A DNA stretch of 64,000 nucleotides from Epiperipatus broadwayi (GCA_028023455.1 JAQFVV010000006.1:15562001-15626000), one strand, 5' to 3'; positions 1 to 13,069 are shown, counted from the stretch's first letter. Notes: generated by a model not told the origin, from the sequence alone. Translations and numbers: made by a program.

Positions 1-443
1 ATAAAATAATAATTTTTTCAGATCTGACCAATGATGATGATGATGATATGATAAAAATGCCTACAGAGATTCACAACCCTGCAAAATGCCAGAAATGAAT
101 AAAGGCTATTGTGTCCCTAGAAGTAAGCATATATAATGGAAAAAGTTGTCACTCTGAAGGATGAAAATGATGAGCAATGATTTCTTATTTTCTGATTTTT
201 TCTTTATTGAAGTTAATTTACAATTTTCATCTGCCATGAGTAGATTTTGTGATGATCGCTATATATTTATTACATATGCACACACATACCCAATTTAATA
301 GCATAATGGCGAGAAAAGTAAAAGAAGTAGTAAAATCTAACTATAACTAAAAATTTAATATGAAGTTAATAAATGTAGATGCATACTAAGAGCCAGTTTG
401 AATTTAATTCTTTACCTATTTGATCTGCATATAAAATCATATA

Positions 444-678
444 TCTCATGATTACCTACATAAAGATAACAGAGCCAAAACTCTCCATGCAGTAATGCCA
501 CTCACGCCAGACTAATCGATGGATACAAAAAGATTTGTGCATAAAATTTTTACCTAGTGTCTCATGATTACCTACATAAAGATAACAGAGCCAAAACTCT
601 CCATGCAGTAATGCCACTCACGCCAGACTAATCGATGGATACAAAAAGATTTGTGCATAAAATTTTTACCTAGTGTCT
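444..678. repeat. Exact tandem duplication, period 116 bp, overlapping a family A copy
   Basis: tctcatgattacc...tttttacctagtg at 444-559 repeated at 560-675. Confidence 0.9.
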
Positions 679-730
679 GCTCATCCAATTCCGTCAGACT
701 AGTTTATAGCTTGCAGCTTTGATCAATGAC
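462..730 (-). mobile_element. Family A HHR-retrozyme-like element, partial, decayed ribozyme
   Basis: Matches family A (aaaactctccat...cagactagttt); core on minus strand mutated to TTGATCA...TAAAC. Confidence 0.8.
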
Positions 731-759
731 TTTACAAGCAAATGAACATGGATTGAATA

Positions 760-1020
760 CATTATAGTTAACTAAAAATGTAAAAGATGGCTCTGGAGAA
801 TTGCATTATATCCTAAGATCTAGATGCAGTGCTCTCAGATCCAAAACTCCTCACTGACAAAAACCACAAACTAGAAACTAGTCTGGGGATATTGGATGAG
901 TAGGCACTAAATAGGGATTTTATGCACAAACCTTCTTGCATCTATTGATTACTCTGGTCTGCACTGGGTGGCCTTATTGTATGGAGAGTTAAGGTAAGAA
1001 ATGATGATCATGTGATGTTT
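760..1020 (+). mobile_element. Family A element, inverted partner of 462-730
   Basis: tcctca CTGACAA aaac cacaa acta GAAAC TA GTC tgggga at ~848-890; core G8 lost, consistent with CpG decay of CTGACGA. Confidence 0.85.
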
Positions 1021-2864
1021 TGCGGTTTAATACATAAAGATATGCACATTACTGTATCAGCACATAACAGACTTCCACTAGCTTCACCAATATGTGACTC
1101 TACTACCAAAAAAATAAATTAATCATTAAAGTATTTCTTTTGTTGTATCTCAATCCCTGAGTGTTAATTGAAAATGCTCTACTAATACAAATATTTATAT
1201 ATTCGTCATCCATTCCTGGCGACAAAAAACTACAATAATGTAACTAACAGATAAAAATAAATATTAAAATTTATACAAATGCAAATATTGTCTAAGAGAC
1301 AAAAAATAATGATATAAAATATTTATATGTTAATTTATTGATGTTAATTACAAGAAAAACAATATTTTATTGTTCGTTCCAAAAAATTTATTCGCTCTGA
1401 AGATAAAGCACTAAACTTATCATGCGGAAATAAGTAGCGATGAGACGTAGAAGCAGTCCTTTTGGTACTAGTTATGCGCATTGATAAAAAGCAAACAAAT
1501 CTTGGCCAAACTTGTTTCTAGCACTGACATAATTAGCAGCGTCTTTAAAAAAGAACTCCAGGCATTGCTTAAATTAATTTTAAAAAAAACAAACAGTTGA
1601 ATTAGTTATATTTACATAATTAGGCAAAATATTGACTGATTGTTGTACTATCGATATTTTCAAGCACAAATTTATGATTGATTTTTTTTTTCTGGGAGTG
1701 CAGTCAGCACTGCTTATGGTCCAGTTGCCACTGTCCAAATGCATTTCCTTCATGGAGTAAAACCACAGAAATTCAGTCTCCTATATTTTCTTTACATTTT
1801 TTTTGTTTGGTTCCAAGTGTTCCAAGTGCCTTGGGGATTTAGTGCATGGCGGAATCTGGAAGTCTGTCAATTTCTCTGTTTCAAAAATTGAAACATAGAA
1901 ATTGACAAATTCCTAGCAACAAATACTCATCTCTAATGATTGTAAAAATGTCACTCATTATTAGATCTTTGCTGAGTACCGCTTTCCATGTCAGAAATTT
2001 TAACAAGATTTTACATATAAATAAATACCCATTATAAGGCAGTTGTGTGTTTTTTTTAATTACTGCATTGGTAAAGTATTAGGCTTTAGAGGTCAAAGTC
2101 CACGAATCGTGACGCGATTTTCACATTTCCCTGCTGAAATTTTTTGTAAACTCCGAGCCATAAATAGTAAGATTATTTATTTATTTAATATTTCTTATAT
2201 TTGTATTGCAATGCGTCTTTACATTTTATTAATTAGCTTTGGAAACTTAAAGTCTTTCTTGTACATAACTTTATTTATAACAATTTCTTTAATAGTTTAT
2301 AAAATATTCATCACCACATTAAAAAGATTTCTATTATTAACTCGATATTCCACTCAACAGTCACAAATGAAAGTGTTGAAACCTTACCCCCTTTTTCTTT
2401 TACTCTTTTCAGTATGAGATAAATAAATGTATATAAAAAAATCATTTTTTCATCTTTAATGGTATTTATTTAATAAAAACGTTGAACTCAAAAAATAAGT
2501 GAGATGAGAAGAATACAAATTGATAAAAATTGCAATGAAATATTTAACATAGACATGTTCAAATAAACGAATAGATAAACGGCTTTATTGCTCCGGAGTT
2601 TATAAATAATTCAAGAGCACTGGGTGTGAACCGACTTTAAATCCCAGAATACCAAAATTAATAAATACTATCTACAAAAAAAAAAAAGATACATAATGTT
2701 TTATAAAAAAACAAGACGATAACAGAATAAAACTGATTATATTCTATGCACCAAAGGAACTGAGCAGGGAAATTTTCAATGTTCATTTAATATGTTGGCA
2801 TTGCAGATGTTATTACTACATAATTTTTCATATATAAATTAATACACTATACAGGCTTAAATCT

Positions 2865-3305
2865 GCGTATATATATATAATGTGGGATTCGAACTCAAGA
2901 CTTTCATACGACCCTCAACTCTCCACGCCATCTCATATTGCTGACGCACCTGATCACACACATATTGAAAAGATAAACAATCACCAATATAAGTATTTGG
3001 TGCTAAACCAGCACTCATCAGTTGGTCCAGATCACCATCTCCACACATATATACAATCAGTGCTCAGCTTTATATTAAGATAGCCAATCTTCATACTTTA
3101 ATGGAAAGGCTTCAAACTACTCCAATCCACAACTCTTCAGCCATCCATTTAATTGAAAATCTGATGATGGATGTTCAAAGCCCATGTTAGTGCCAAGGTT
3201 GAGAGTTGTGGGTCGGAGTAGTTTGAAGCCTATCCGTTAAAGTATGAAGATTGGCTATCTTAATATAAAGCTGAGCACTGATTGTATATATGTGTGGAGA
3301 TGGAA
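2865..3305. mobile_element. Family B HHR element foldback (minus copy 2865-3150, plus arm ~3190-3305)
   Basis: Similarity to 9495-9960 and 16700-17530; 3030-3140 is inverted at 3200-3305. Confidence 0.8.
2980..3032 (-). ncRNA. Type I hammerhead ribozyme, family B, G12C mutant
   Basis: Minus: ATCT GGA CCAA CTGATGA GTGC TGGTTTA GCAC CAAAT ACTT ATA TTGG TGAT; perfect stem II but GAAA reads CAAA. Confidence 0.6.
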
Positions 3306-3639
3306 AACGAACATGGATGGACTGCTAACCAAATTGTACCAGCCAGCAAGATGAATGTATGAGCTTTTTATGTCTGAACTAAACACCAAGAAACGTCATG
3401 GTCTTTTTTTTAAGTTGCTTTATCATTCTTAAATGAAATATTAGTTGAGATTTTTTAAAGGCAAGATAAATGTATGTGTGAATGACTTTTTTTAGACGTT
3501 TATAATCACAAATAAAAAATAAATTATGAACTCTATTTCTAGCAGGCTGCAGAGTTGGAAGTCAAAGTTAGAGGATAAGAATCACATGATTGCCTGCAGA
3601 TCCAGGTTTCTATTTGATGATGACCTTTAATTCATCTTC

Positions 3640-3960
3640 TTATGATTGCAGATCACTTCCAAGTGAAGAAGGATCACATGACTTGGAAAAAAGAACTATC
3701 CAATAAGAAATGTGACATTGCTGTTCTTTGCGAAGTTAGAAGAAATGAAGAGATGCTTGATTTAAAAATTGGATAAATGAAAAACAGCATTGTGAGAATT
3801 TATGGACATGTCAAAATTAGGTATTTAACTTAAACAGGAATTACCCAATTTCATATCCTCTTTTAAGTTGAAGAAGTTGAGGAATTTTATATGATACAAA
3901 ATGCTTTTCATCAGATCTGACACCATTTCAATTTTCGTGAGAGACTTCAACACTAGCTAT
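3640..3960 (+). mobile_element. RTE-type LINE APE endonuclease remnant
   Basis: Manual translation ELSNKKCDIAVLCEVRRNEE ... EEVEEFY ... IFVRDFNT (cf. DIxxLxExRR and GDFNA motifs), with frameshifts. Confidence 0.65.
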
Positions 3961-3977
3961 TACTAAATGATTGAAAG

Positions 3978-4110
3978 ATGAAAGTGCTTTAGGTATATTT
4001 GATTATGGCAATAAAAATAATGAAAGTGCTTTAGGTATATTTGATTATGGCAATAAAAATAATGAAAGTGCTTTAGGTATATTTGATTATGGCAATAAAA
4101 ATAATGAAAG
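3978..4110. repeat. Minisatellite, 42-bp unit x3.2
   Basis: atgaaagtgctttaggtatatttgattatggcaataaaaata repeated exactly; explains ORF 3971-4177. Confidence 0.95.
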
Positions 4111-4611
4111 GCACAGCCTTATGAAGTTAAAAAAAATTATGAATTTCTTCTCTGAAAAAAATGCTAATCAGAAATAAACATGAAAATATTCAAATAAGTA
4201 CATAACAATCGAATTACATTTTGGTTAAACGGAAATATGTATTTTAACGTTGATGTTCTTAATAAATTTAATAAAGAAAGAATTGGTTATTCAATTAAAT
4301 ATTGGAAACATATATTTTGGAATACTTAAATAGCCATTAATGTCAATAAAACAAGTAAAATAAAAAAGCAATAAAATGATTATAAGAATATGCGCAAAAA
4401 GTCAAAATTAAAAATGCAACTTTTACGATTGATGGAAAGAATTTGTAAAAATGAGACTCTGTCCAAAAATGTAAACACCAAATATATATTATCAAGGACA
4501 TTGGACTCGTTTAGATAATAGTAATTAATAGTAAGAATTTTTAGACTGTTTGTATTAAATATAACTGAGTTTATTGTAATTAAATGAATAATTAAATACA
4601 TATATTTCATA

Positions 4612-4710
4612 TGTCATAGCATCGGCCGGAAGGCGAACTCGCAACCATCTGCAAGCAACTACTTGCTTGCAAGGCAGCTGCGATGACCTCTCGGCTAACA
4701 ACGCTTGACA
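4612..4710 (-). mobile_element. Family C short tRNA-like SINE
   Basis: gtcaagcgtt...A-box-like TAGCCGAGAGG...GAGTTCGCC...gatgctatgaca on minus strand. Confidence 0.7.
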
Positions 4711-5039
4711 ATGAATAATTATATTGTATGCAACATTATGCGTAATATTCAAAAGATAAAATTTATTTTGAAACTAAGCGAAGTAGTTTTTGTTTATAAA
4801 ATTAACCAACATAATTAAAAATAAACAAGAAATAATTAAATCGAAACAATAGATTAAAAATTTTAAGTATGTTTTGAAAAAAAAAAACATGTTGCATAGA
4901 TAATCAGATTACTATCTGAAATCAATAATAAATTGAGAGGTTTCAATTCTCTCCCATGCGCCTACTGTTGCTTTTCAGACATAATTCCTGTCTGGTCACA
5001 GTAAAGTTTGCTTCAATGTTCTAATTCATAGCAAAAGAA

Positions 5040-5122
5040 TGTCAAGCGTTGTTAGCTGAGAGGTTAGTGCAGTTGGTTGCAGATAGTTGTTGCAAGTTCG
5101 CCTCCTGGCCGATGCTATGACA
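5040..5122 (+). mobile_element. Family C short tRNA-like SINE
   Basis: Same termini gtcaagcgtt/gatgctatgaca followed by catatggaaa A-rich tail. Confidence 0.7.
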
Positions 5123-5169
5123 TATGGAAAGAAAAAGAATATTTTTAAAAGTTTTATTCTTTTGATTCT

Positions 5170-5950
5170 TGATGTGATGCTCTGTGGCTTCTTCTTTATC
5201 TAAGTTCAAGAATCTCTCAACAACTATGCCCAGACAAACCTGTTAGACCCTTTACCCTTTCAATTCACCACCCTACATTTTCCCCATATTCTTCTTTATC
5301 CTGCTCTACTCCATTTCCACAATATTATCTTTGTCCACTCTATGGATTTTATATCTAGATCCTCCTTATCTTTTTCCAAACCCAGCATAAAAGCGATGAA
5401 CACATTTTCTATATAATCACTTTGCTTACATTTATTCTCCCAAAGCTTCATTATTTGTACCCTTTCTGCTTATAAGCACTTACATTCAATTAGTAGATGG
5501 CTAATATTTTTCATGTCTTCTTTACATAAGTTGCAGACTAAATCATCTTCATTTCTCCTTTCATGTGTATATTCCCTTGTTGATTATGACCTGTTAAAGT
5601 CTTAAGCAATAAACTACTATTCTTTCTATTATTATAAATTAGCTCACATCCAATATTCTGTGTAGTTCTATATATATTTAAACTCTTTTTACTCTTCATA
5701 GTAGTTTTCCATCTCATGCATCTATTCTTCTATCTCATTCTTTGCTGCTATAATACTCAACAATACTGCTAAAACAATCACCCTACTTTTTGAACAAGTA
5801 TATAGACATAAAGCCTTTATCCAAATCTTCTGCCTACTGTACTAACTTTCTCACCCAAGTTGTTGCCTGTCCTTATACTCATAACCCAATTAAATAGTAC
5901 TTTGGCTATTCTCTTACTATGATTCTGACACACTAGGCTGATTGGCATTT
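5170..5950 (-). mobile_element. Non-LTR retrotransposon 3' end with CCHC zinc knuckle (clade uncertain)
   Basis: Minus 5535-5482 translates CNLCKEDMKNISHLLIEC (C-x2-C-x8-H-x4-C); second copy at 13070-13800. Confidence 0.6.
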
Positions 5951-6741
5951 TGCTTACTCCAACACAATTACATATTAATGTTACTTCATACAATCATCTG
6001 CTTAACAGTTTACTTTTTTTTAAAAAATAAATTTTAGTTTTTGTACTTAGATGCTAGATATAATCAGTGAAGTAACAAAAAATTTCTCTATTGGCATAAT
6101 GGAGACTTTTTATATTATACTCATCAAGAAAAAAAGATAAGATTCCATTTAATGTGGAAGTTTATATTTACATTTAAAATATATTTTCATTTAATTTTTA
6201 TATGTGCTATTGTTTGTTAAGAAATAAAATAAACCCATATATGAGGAGTGTAAATTAGAGATTGCAACATGAGTTTTTTCCTCAATATAAATTAAAGGCT
6301 TAATAAATTATTTCTTTTAAAAATATATATGTACTAATCTTTACATTTATTTTCATAGTCAAACTTTGTTTGAAATTTCTAGCAATTAAAATTGCATTTT
6401 TTTTCCTGATGAAAATTTTGCAAAACATTTTTTTTACAGTTTTAAAATTCATGCATATTTATTTTCTAATGTTTAATTACAAAAAAAAAATCAAAAGATA
6501 GGGAGGGAACTAAATAATCAGTATTACAAAGGAACTGAAATGAAATCATAGTTTGATGAGTAGATATTGTTTATTCAGCAATCTCAAACTTTGCAGAGTA
6601 TATTTTGTGGAAATCTTATGATCATTGAGAAAATATTATAATAGTTCTAAAAGCTTAATTTTTTGGAAAGTTTATGATTATATATGTATCATAATTGTGA
6701 AATAATTAATAAAATCAAAAATAAATATTATTACATATTTA

Positions 6742-7205
6742 TTTTTTACAGAAATGTTTTATTTTTATATATAAAAGAACATTTTCTTCTGAATATTGTT
6801 ATTATAGAGATTAGGATCACAGGAAAACAGCTTTCTAGAAATGAGGTCACTCACCAGATTGTTATAATATTCAGCAATATTGTAAAAATTTCAGAAAAAT
6901 TCTAAACTTTTAAAGCATAAATTGATAGATGTAGTAGTTATTAATTAAAAATTCATTCAAATTTTTAACTCATGTTTTTTACAGAAATGTTTTATTTTTA
7001 TATATAAAAGAACATTTTCTTCTGAATATTGTTATTATAGAGATTAGGATCACAGGAAAACAGCTTTCTAGAAATGAGGTCACTCACCAGATTGTTATAA
7101 TATTCAGCAATATTGTAAAAATTTCAGAAAAATTCTAAACTTTTAAAGCATAAATTGATAGATGTAGTAGTTATTAATTAAAAATTCATTCAAATTTTTA
7201 ACTCA
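6742..7205. repeat. Near-exact tandem duplication, period ~233 bp
   Basis: acagaaatgttttatt...aaatttttaactca starts at 6748 and again at ~6981. Confidence 0.9.
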
Positions 7206-8444
7206 AACATGAAACAAATAAGATTTCATTAATTTTGAACACTGAATGGGCTCCATCTAAAATTTAATGACATGACATTTTGTTTTGACTAAAATATAAT
7301 TGTTAAAATAATTTTAGAAATCAAATGTGATTTTTTAAAATTTATTTAATTCTAAACAAAAATATCTATCAAATGAAGTCAAATTTATTATATTCTGATA
7401 AATAATAATGGTTTAATATCAAACTGAAAGTTGAAAACTTTAATTTAGTGAGAAGAATAAAATCTTTCAGAATGCTAGCAGAAAAATGAAAAGCTTAATT
7501 TTTAAACTGTTAAGTATTATGGAAAATAATTTAATGTTCTTACAAATCAAATTCAAATTGAAAGTTATGTATATACAAAATTAAGAGTAACATTTCAAGC
7601 CTTAATTACATTTTTTCTGTGTCAAAATCACTGCCGATAAAAGCACTATGATAATATAGTATACTAATGAAGAAACTGTTAAAATAAGATGCTGGGAATA
7701 TGATTTGATGTTTATAGATTGGAAGTTGGTAATGAGGGAGGGAATATTGGTTTTCAATAAGATAGAGTGAACTCAGAGTGTCTCTGGGCATTTGACCTAT
7801 ATAAAGGAACTTCTGATTGTAGCTAAAGAACTGTTTTAAATTACATTATATGAATATCTTAAATATAATAACAACAATAACAACTAAACCAATAATAACA
7901 TCAATAACAACAACAATAATAATACCAATAATAATGACAATTAGAATAACCATAATAATAGTAAAAACAATGATTAATAGTCTATTATTTACATAGCACT
8001 GACTATACATGTAATATAAGAAAGGGAACAAATCTCTGGTTATATGCTTTTACGAATTTACATCCACTCACCTGTGAGCATCAATTTGTAAAGCATAAAC
8101 AATAATAATAAATAACAGCAACAATAACTACAGCATTAATAATAATAGTAGCTATAACAATATTAATAATAATAATAGTCGTTCATAAATGAATACATCT
8201 ATTCTAACTCCAAAGAGAAAAAGAAAAGAGAGAGAAAAACTGTTCTAGAAATGAGTTTTGTGATGACTATACAAAACCAATGTGTGACCCCATATACATT
8301 GACATATAGAATAAGCTGGTCTATTTTTCTGTTAACTTGATATTTTGCAATATTGATCTTTAATTTCCTCAGTAAAAAAAAAATCCTTTTAAATACTTCA
8401 ATACCATGTGTTATTATAGCTCACCAATGTATTATATTAACAAC

Positions 8445-8695
8445 AGTAGCAAACTCTATACAGTAGCGCCACCAAGTGCAAGGCTTACTAATCAATGGAT
8501 GCAAGAAAGCTTGTGTATCCCTATTTAATGCCTATTCATTCAATATCCCCAGACTAGTTTCTGTAGCTTTCATCAATGAGGAGACGTGAATTTGATAGCA
8601 CTGCACTCAGATCGTAGGTATGTAATGCAAATCCGCCAGTGTCATCTTTTACCTATTTAGTTAACTATACAGATAGAAACCTAAAATGACATGAT
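8445..8695 (-). mobile_element. Family A element, internally deleted
   Basis: Core TTGATGA AAGCTACA GAAAC TA GTC with stem II deletion. Confidence 0.8.
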
Positions 8696-8974
8696 GGTTT
8701 TTATGTATTATATTCTCTGCAACATCTTCTCAATGAAAATCAATTTATTGCACTTTCTTTAAAATGTCTTTAAGATAATCCATATCATGTAAAAGGGTCT
8801 AACTCACCTCTAAAAAACTATGCTCAAATTCATCATAAAATATCCTTTTAGAAAGTCTTGCATTGTTTATTTATTTTATATGACCAATCCAATTAAGATG
8901 TGATTTTACAATAGTGAATTCTATAATATCACATCAAGTAACTTGAAGAACACATAGATCGGTTTTATGATCTT

Positions 8975-9370
8975 AAAACAGGCAAAACTCTCCATATAGT
9001 AATACCACTCAGTTCAAGCCAGAGTAATCAATGGATGCAAGAAGGCTTGTGCATAAAATCCCCATCTAGTGCCTACTCATACAATATCCCCAGACTAGTT
9101 TCTGGCTTATGGCCTTCGTCAGTGAGGATTTGATCTGAGAGCACTGCACCTAGATCTTAGGATCTAATGCAACCCTCCAGCAGCCATCTTTTATCTCTAC
9201 TTAAGTACTATGTGTCTTAAACTGAAAACATAATAATATTTTCAATCCAAGCTCATTAGCTTATATAATCATAAAGGTCTAAACTTAGTTCAGTACCTAT
9301 ACATTTTGGTGTCTTTGGTTCTTTTATAACCATAGCCACTACACCACTATCCTATTGGGCAGGATTGGTT
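8975..9370 (-). mobile_element. Family A element, near full monomer
   Basis: Colinear with 19418-19873. Confidence 0.85.
9087..9128 (-). ncRNA. Type I hammerhead ribozyme, family A, intact core
   Basis: Minus: TCCTCA CTGACGA AGGC CATAA GCCA GAAAC TA GTC/TGGGGA; stem I TCCTCA:TGGGGA, stem II GGC:GCC, stem III palindrome ACTAGT; predicted cut between 9093 and 9092. Confidence 0.8.
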
Positions 9371-9494
9371 TTTATCCAATAAACATGATCTTGTCATTAT
9401 ATTTTTAAAAGTTTGTGAAGCATACTTAAAGGAAACTTTTCTAATGCCTTTATATCTGCTGATAAGATGTCCAAGTTTCACACCTATACAATAA

Positions 9495-10345
9495 ATTAGG
9501 TTCCATAGTTTATTATAAGGGACTTGAACCCAGACTTTCAAACTCCTCACAGCTATGGAATTTATCTTATATAATTGATACACATGACCACATACATGTG
9601 GAAAAGATAAATAATCTCCAATATATATATATATATTTATATTTTATGCTAAACCCGTGCTCATCAGTTGGTCCAGATAACCATCTCCAAAACATATATA
9701 CATATAACTGCTCAGTTTATATTAAGATAGCAAATCTTCAAACTTTAATGGACAAGCTTCAATCTTTTCTAATCTCTAACTTTTAAGCCATCCATATCAC
9801 TGAAATCTGAGGATGAAATGCTCAAAGCCCTTGATGATGTCAATATTATTGTCATACACATGTTGACTTAATTCAATCTTACACCTCTCACACAGGACCT
9901 TAATATGCCCATTTAATTATACAGAATGCCGATGAGCAGAATACAGGCTGAAAATGTAATATTTAAATTAAGGTACTATGTGTGAGGGGTCAGATTGACG
10001 TAAGATTAATATGGGTTGGACAATAATATTGACATCATCAAGGGCTTTGAGCATTTCATCGTTGCCTTTTCAATAATATGGATGGCTTAAGAAATGGAGA
10101 GTGGAGAAGATTGAAGCCTGTCCATTAAAGTTTGAACATTTGCTATCTTAATATAAATCGAACAGTCATTGTATATGTGTGTTGGATATGGTTATCTGGA
10201 CCAACTGATGAGTGTTGGTTCAGCATGAGATACATGATCATGTGTATCAGTTGTATAAGATGGATAGCTGTGGGGAGTTCAAAGTTGAGTTCAAGTCTCT
10301 TATAATTACATTAATTTAGTATAGACAATATACATGTATTTAAAT
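9495..10345. mobile_element. Family B foldback (minus copy 9495-9960, plus copy 9960-10345)
   Basis: Long imperfect inverted repeat; HHR cores at 9614-9678 (-, decayed) and 10194-10235 (+, GAGAT for GAAAT). Confidence 0.85.
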
Positions 10346-10604
10346 AAACATAATTAGTTGTAGTAGTTATTTCACTCATAAAATACTCGATGTTTTAACT
10401 TGTTAAGGGCAACTGCAGTATGTTGGAATCTGTATTGTACCTCAACCACCTAAATCCATCATTCAACTTATAACACCACCAAAGTATTCGAACTGATTTA
10501 ATCCTCAAATTGGTAATCATCTAAGTGAAAAGGTTCTGAGGATTTTTCTTTCATTCACTTGCTGATAAAGAATTGCGAGCTTTTTGAACATTAATGTCTT
10601 TATA

Positions 10605-11045
10605 TGATACACAGAGGCAAACTCTCCATACAGTAGCGCCACTCAGTGCAAGCCAAAGTAATCAATGGATGCAGAAAGGTTTGTGAATAAAATCCACCCT
10701 CATCCAATATCCCCAGACCAGTTTCTAGCTTGTGGCTTTCCTCAGTGAAGAGCCTTGGATCTGAGAGCATTGCACCTAGACCTTAGGATCTAATACAACT
10801 CTCCAGAAAGTCATCTTTCACTTTTTAGTTAACTATACAGCTTTGAGTCCATAAGGTTTTCAATTCAAACTCGCATGTATAGTCATATAGATTTGAACTC
10901 AATTCAGGATCTATACATTTCTGTGTCTTTGGTTCTTTAGTAAACAGTTACCATAATCCTATTGTATGGAAGGTTTTGCCTCTGTGTTATCAGCTTGTGT
11001 AAGCATTAATAATGGTGATGTTATGTGGTCTTTATATGTTGCAGT
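10605..11045 (-). mobile_element. Family A element, full monomer
   Basis: Colinear with family A; interrupts the RTE between 10600 and 11045. Confidence 0.85.
10703..10759 (-). ncRNA. Type I hammerhead ribozyme, family A, intact core
   Basis: Minus: TCCAA GGC TCTTCA CTGAGGA AAGC CACAA GCTA GAAAC TG GTC/TGGGGA TA TTGGA; two-part stem I with internal loop. Confidence 0.8.
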
Positions 11046-11339
11046 CAAAACATTAATTACATTCTGTCAATTGTCTTTTGAAGTGGCAAAAATAATGCAA
11101 TCATCATCATATAAGTCCAGAATCCAAGAAAAAGTTCTTTTTCCATTTTTAATAGGTTCAAATTAAAAATTACCCTATAAAACATGTATTGTATATTTAT
11201 ATCTGTTTCATTAAGCTGTCTATAAAGATTTCCAAAGACAGCTGTCATAAAAATTGAAAACGTTGGGGGAAGTCTTCATCCTTGTTTAATACTAGTTTTC
11301 ATTTTGTATGCCTCAGATTATCCATGTGTAATAATAACA

Positions 11340-11635
11340 TTTACTTTTAAACCACTACACATCACATGATCACCATTTCTTATGCTTGCTTGTAACTGTT
11401 ATTAAACAGGCAAAATCTCTCCATACAATAGTGTCACTCAGTGCAAGCCAGAGTAATCAATGGATGCCAGAAGGCTTGTGCATAAAATCCCTAGCTAGTG
11501 CCTACTCATCTAGTTTGGGGATATTGAATTAGTAGGCACTAGGTAAGGATTTTATGCACAAGCCTTCTGGCATCCATTGATTATTCTTGCTTGCATTGAG
11601 TGGCACTACATTAAGAAGAGTTTTGTCTGCTTTAA
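11340..11635. mobile_element. Family A foldback fragment
   Basis: 11405-11510 inverted at 11525-11630. Confidence 0.85.
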
Positions 11636-11669
11636 CTACAAATACCTTAGTCATATATTACTACAAATA

Positions 11670-12230
11670 GAAACATAATGGAGAAAATTAATCATAGAAT
11701 TAAATTTGGTTGGAGTGCTTTTGGTATAAATAACTTAATATTAAAAGGAAATATGCCTATGTGTTTGAAAAGGAAAGTTTTTAATAAACGTGTTTTACCA
11801 GTTCTTACTTATGGATCTGAGACTTGGACAGTTAATATAAGAGCAATACCGAGACTTCAGACCACTCAAAAAAGTATGAAGACATGCATGTTATGAGTAA
11901 CAAGAAGAGCTCGAAAACACAAAACAAGGAGGGGGTAAGAGAACAAACAAGTGTTACTTATATTGTTGAAAGAATTAAAAGACTGAAGTGGAGTTGGGCT
12001 TGACATATTGCTAAGAGAGATGGTAATAGATGAGACAATTAAAATCTTAAACCAGATTCCAAGAGATTGTAAAAGACCCAGAAAAAGACCACATATGAGA
12101 TGGATGGATGAAATAACAAAGTGCGCAGGTGAGATGTGGAGAAGAGAGGCTAGAGATTGGAGAAGATGGATTGAACTTGGGGAGATAACTTCATCTTGCA
12201 GTGGATTCATAATGTTTGATGATGAAAATA
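11670..12230 (+). mobile_element. RTE-clade LINE 3' end (5'-truncated ORF remnant)
   Basis: ORFs 11678-11896 and 12008-12256: RIKFGWSAFG...KRKVFNKRVLPVLTYGSETW...KWSWA*HIA...RPRKRPHMRWMDEI; short GAT tail. Confidence 0.9.
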
Positions 12231-13069
12231 AATATAATGTGAACGAGATTGTTTAACCGCTTTCTATTATCTTATTAATTAACTAAAATATAACATATAA
12301 TAGCCCAATTATAGAACTATTTTAGGAAAAATTTTAAATGAAACTCAATTATTAAATAAGACTATTTTTTTCAAATTTTTTTTTGTTCCGATAGCCAATC
12401 TCTTGGCCGGATAAGGTCCATAAAATAGAACAGAAAGAGAACTCTAAACAAAAAAATGTTCAATAACTCGAATGTTTTCAATCTCTCTCTTTTTTTTTTT
12501 TTTTTTACAAAATACCTCAAGCGGTCTTAATAATTAAAAAACTTTTTTTTAAAAAAAATCCATTTTTAATTAAGAAAAAGCCCACAGGCACCATCAAATA
12601 TAAATCTTTTTTTCCCTGATGTTTAATAGCTTTTTAAACCATAGAAATTCACAAATTTATTTTCTGGCACCGCCTATGCATTTTTTAGTCCGAAAAATAA
12701 ATCAAATTTAATTAAAATAATAAAGCAAAATAATTCTAACAATTCGAGCTATTTAATATCTTGCTGATATTAAATAATAAAAAACGATTTTGCCAAACTT
12801 GGCAGAAACTAGAATCAAAAAACAAATCTTCCTTCAATTAAAGACGCTTTAACCCTTTATTGATAGAACCTTGCAGAAACAAACTATAATTAATTGAATA
12901 CATTTAACTTATTTTTGCTTGCAAAATAATCACGTGAACTGTATCTTTATTAATTTAATAAAAAACACATTTATTTAAGTACTAATATGTATAAAAGAGG
13001 GAATATTTATGACTGTTTTGACATATATAATATATGAAATAACTACAACTTCATGTACAAATACCAAGC

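Larger units (their letters stand above)
8240..11330 (-). mobile_element. RTE (BovB-like) LINE 3' half, fragmented by family A/B insertions
   Basis: Minus-strand motifs in correct order: NQFEYFGGVI (~10490), EVQYRFQHTAVALNKL, IVKSHLNWIGHIK*INNARLSKRIF (~8890), C-terminal CQC...LYSHHKTH (~8260); colinear homologue at 48380-49270. Confidence 0.7.

Noticed and set aside
22-128. Possible exon (tttttcag ... GTAAGC) encoding DLTNDDDDDMIKMPTEIHNPAKCQK*
   Set aside because: Stop precedes the donor, no partner exons identified, and the window edge prevents evaluation
1649-1656. TATCGATA (DRE) in a CpG-retaining stretch
   Set aside because: Single 8-mer, organism unknown, no supporting gene
2043-2417. 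Longest ORF (124 aa)
   Set aside because: Low-complexity I/L/F/K composition typical of AT-rich chance ORFs; no motif
3971-4177. Repeat protein ESALGIFDYGNKNN x3
   Set aside because: Units are identical at DNA level, with no synonymous variation; a minisatellite explains it
7846-8031. Hydrophobic transmembrane-like ORF
   Set aside because: Product of AAT/AAC simple repeats
12849-12860. TTAACCCTT piggyBac-like terminus
   Set aside because: No matching opposite end or transposase found
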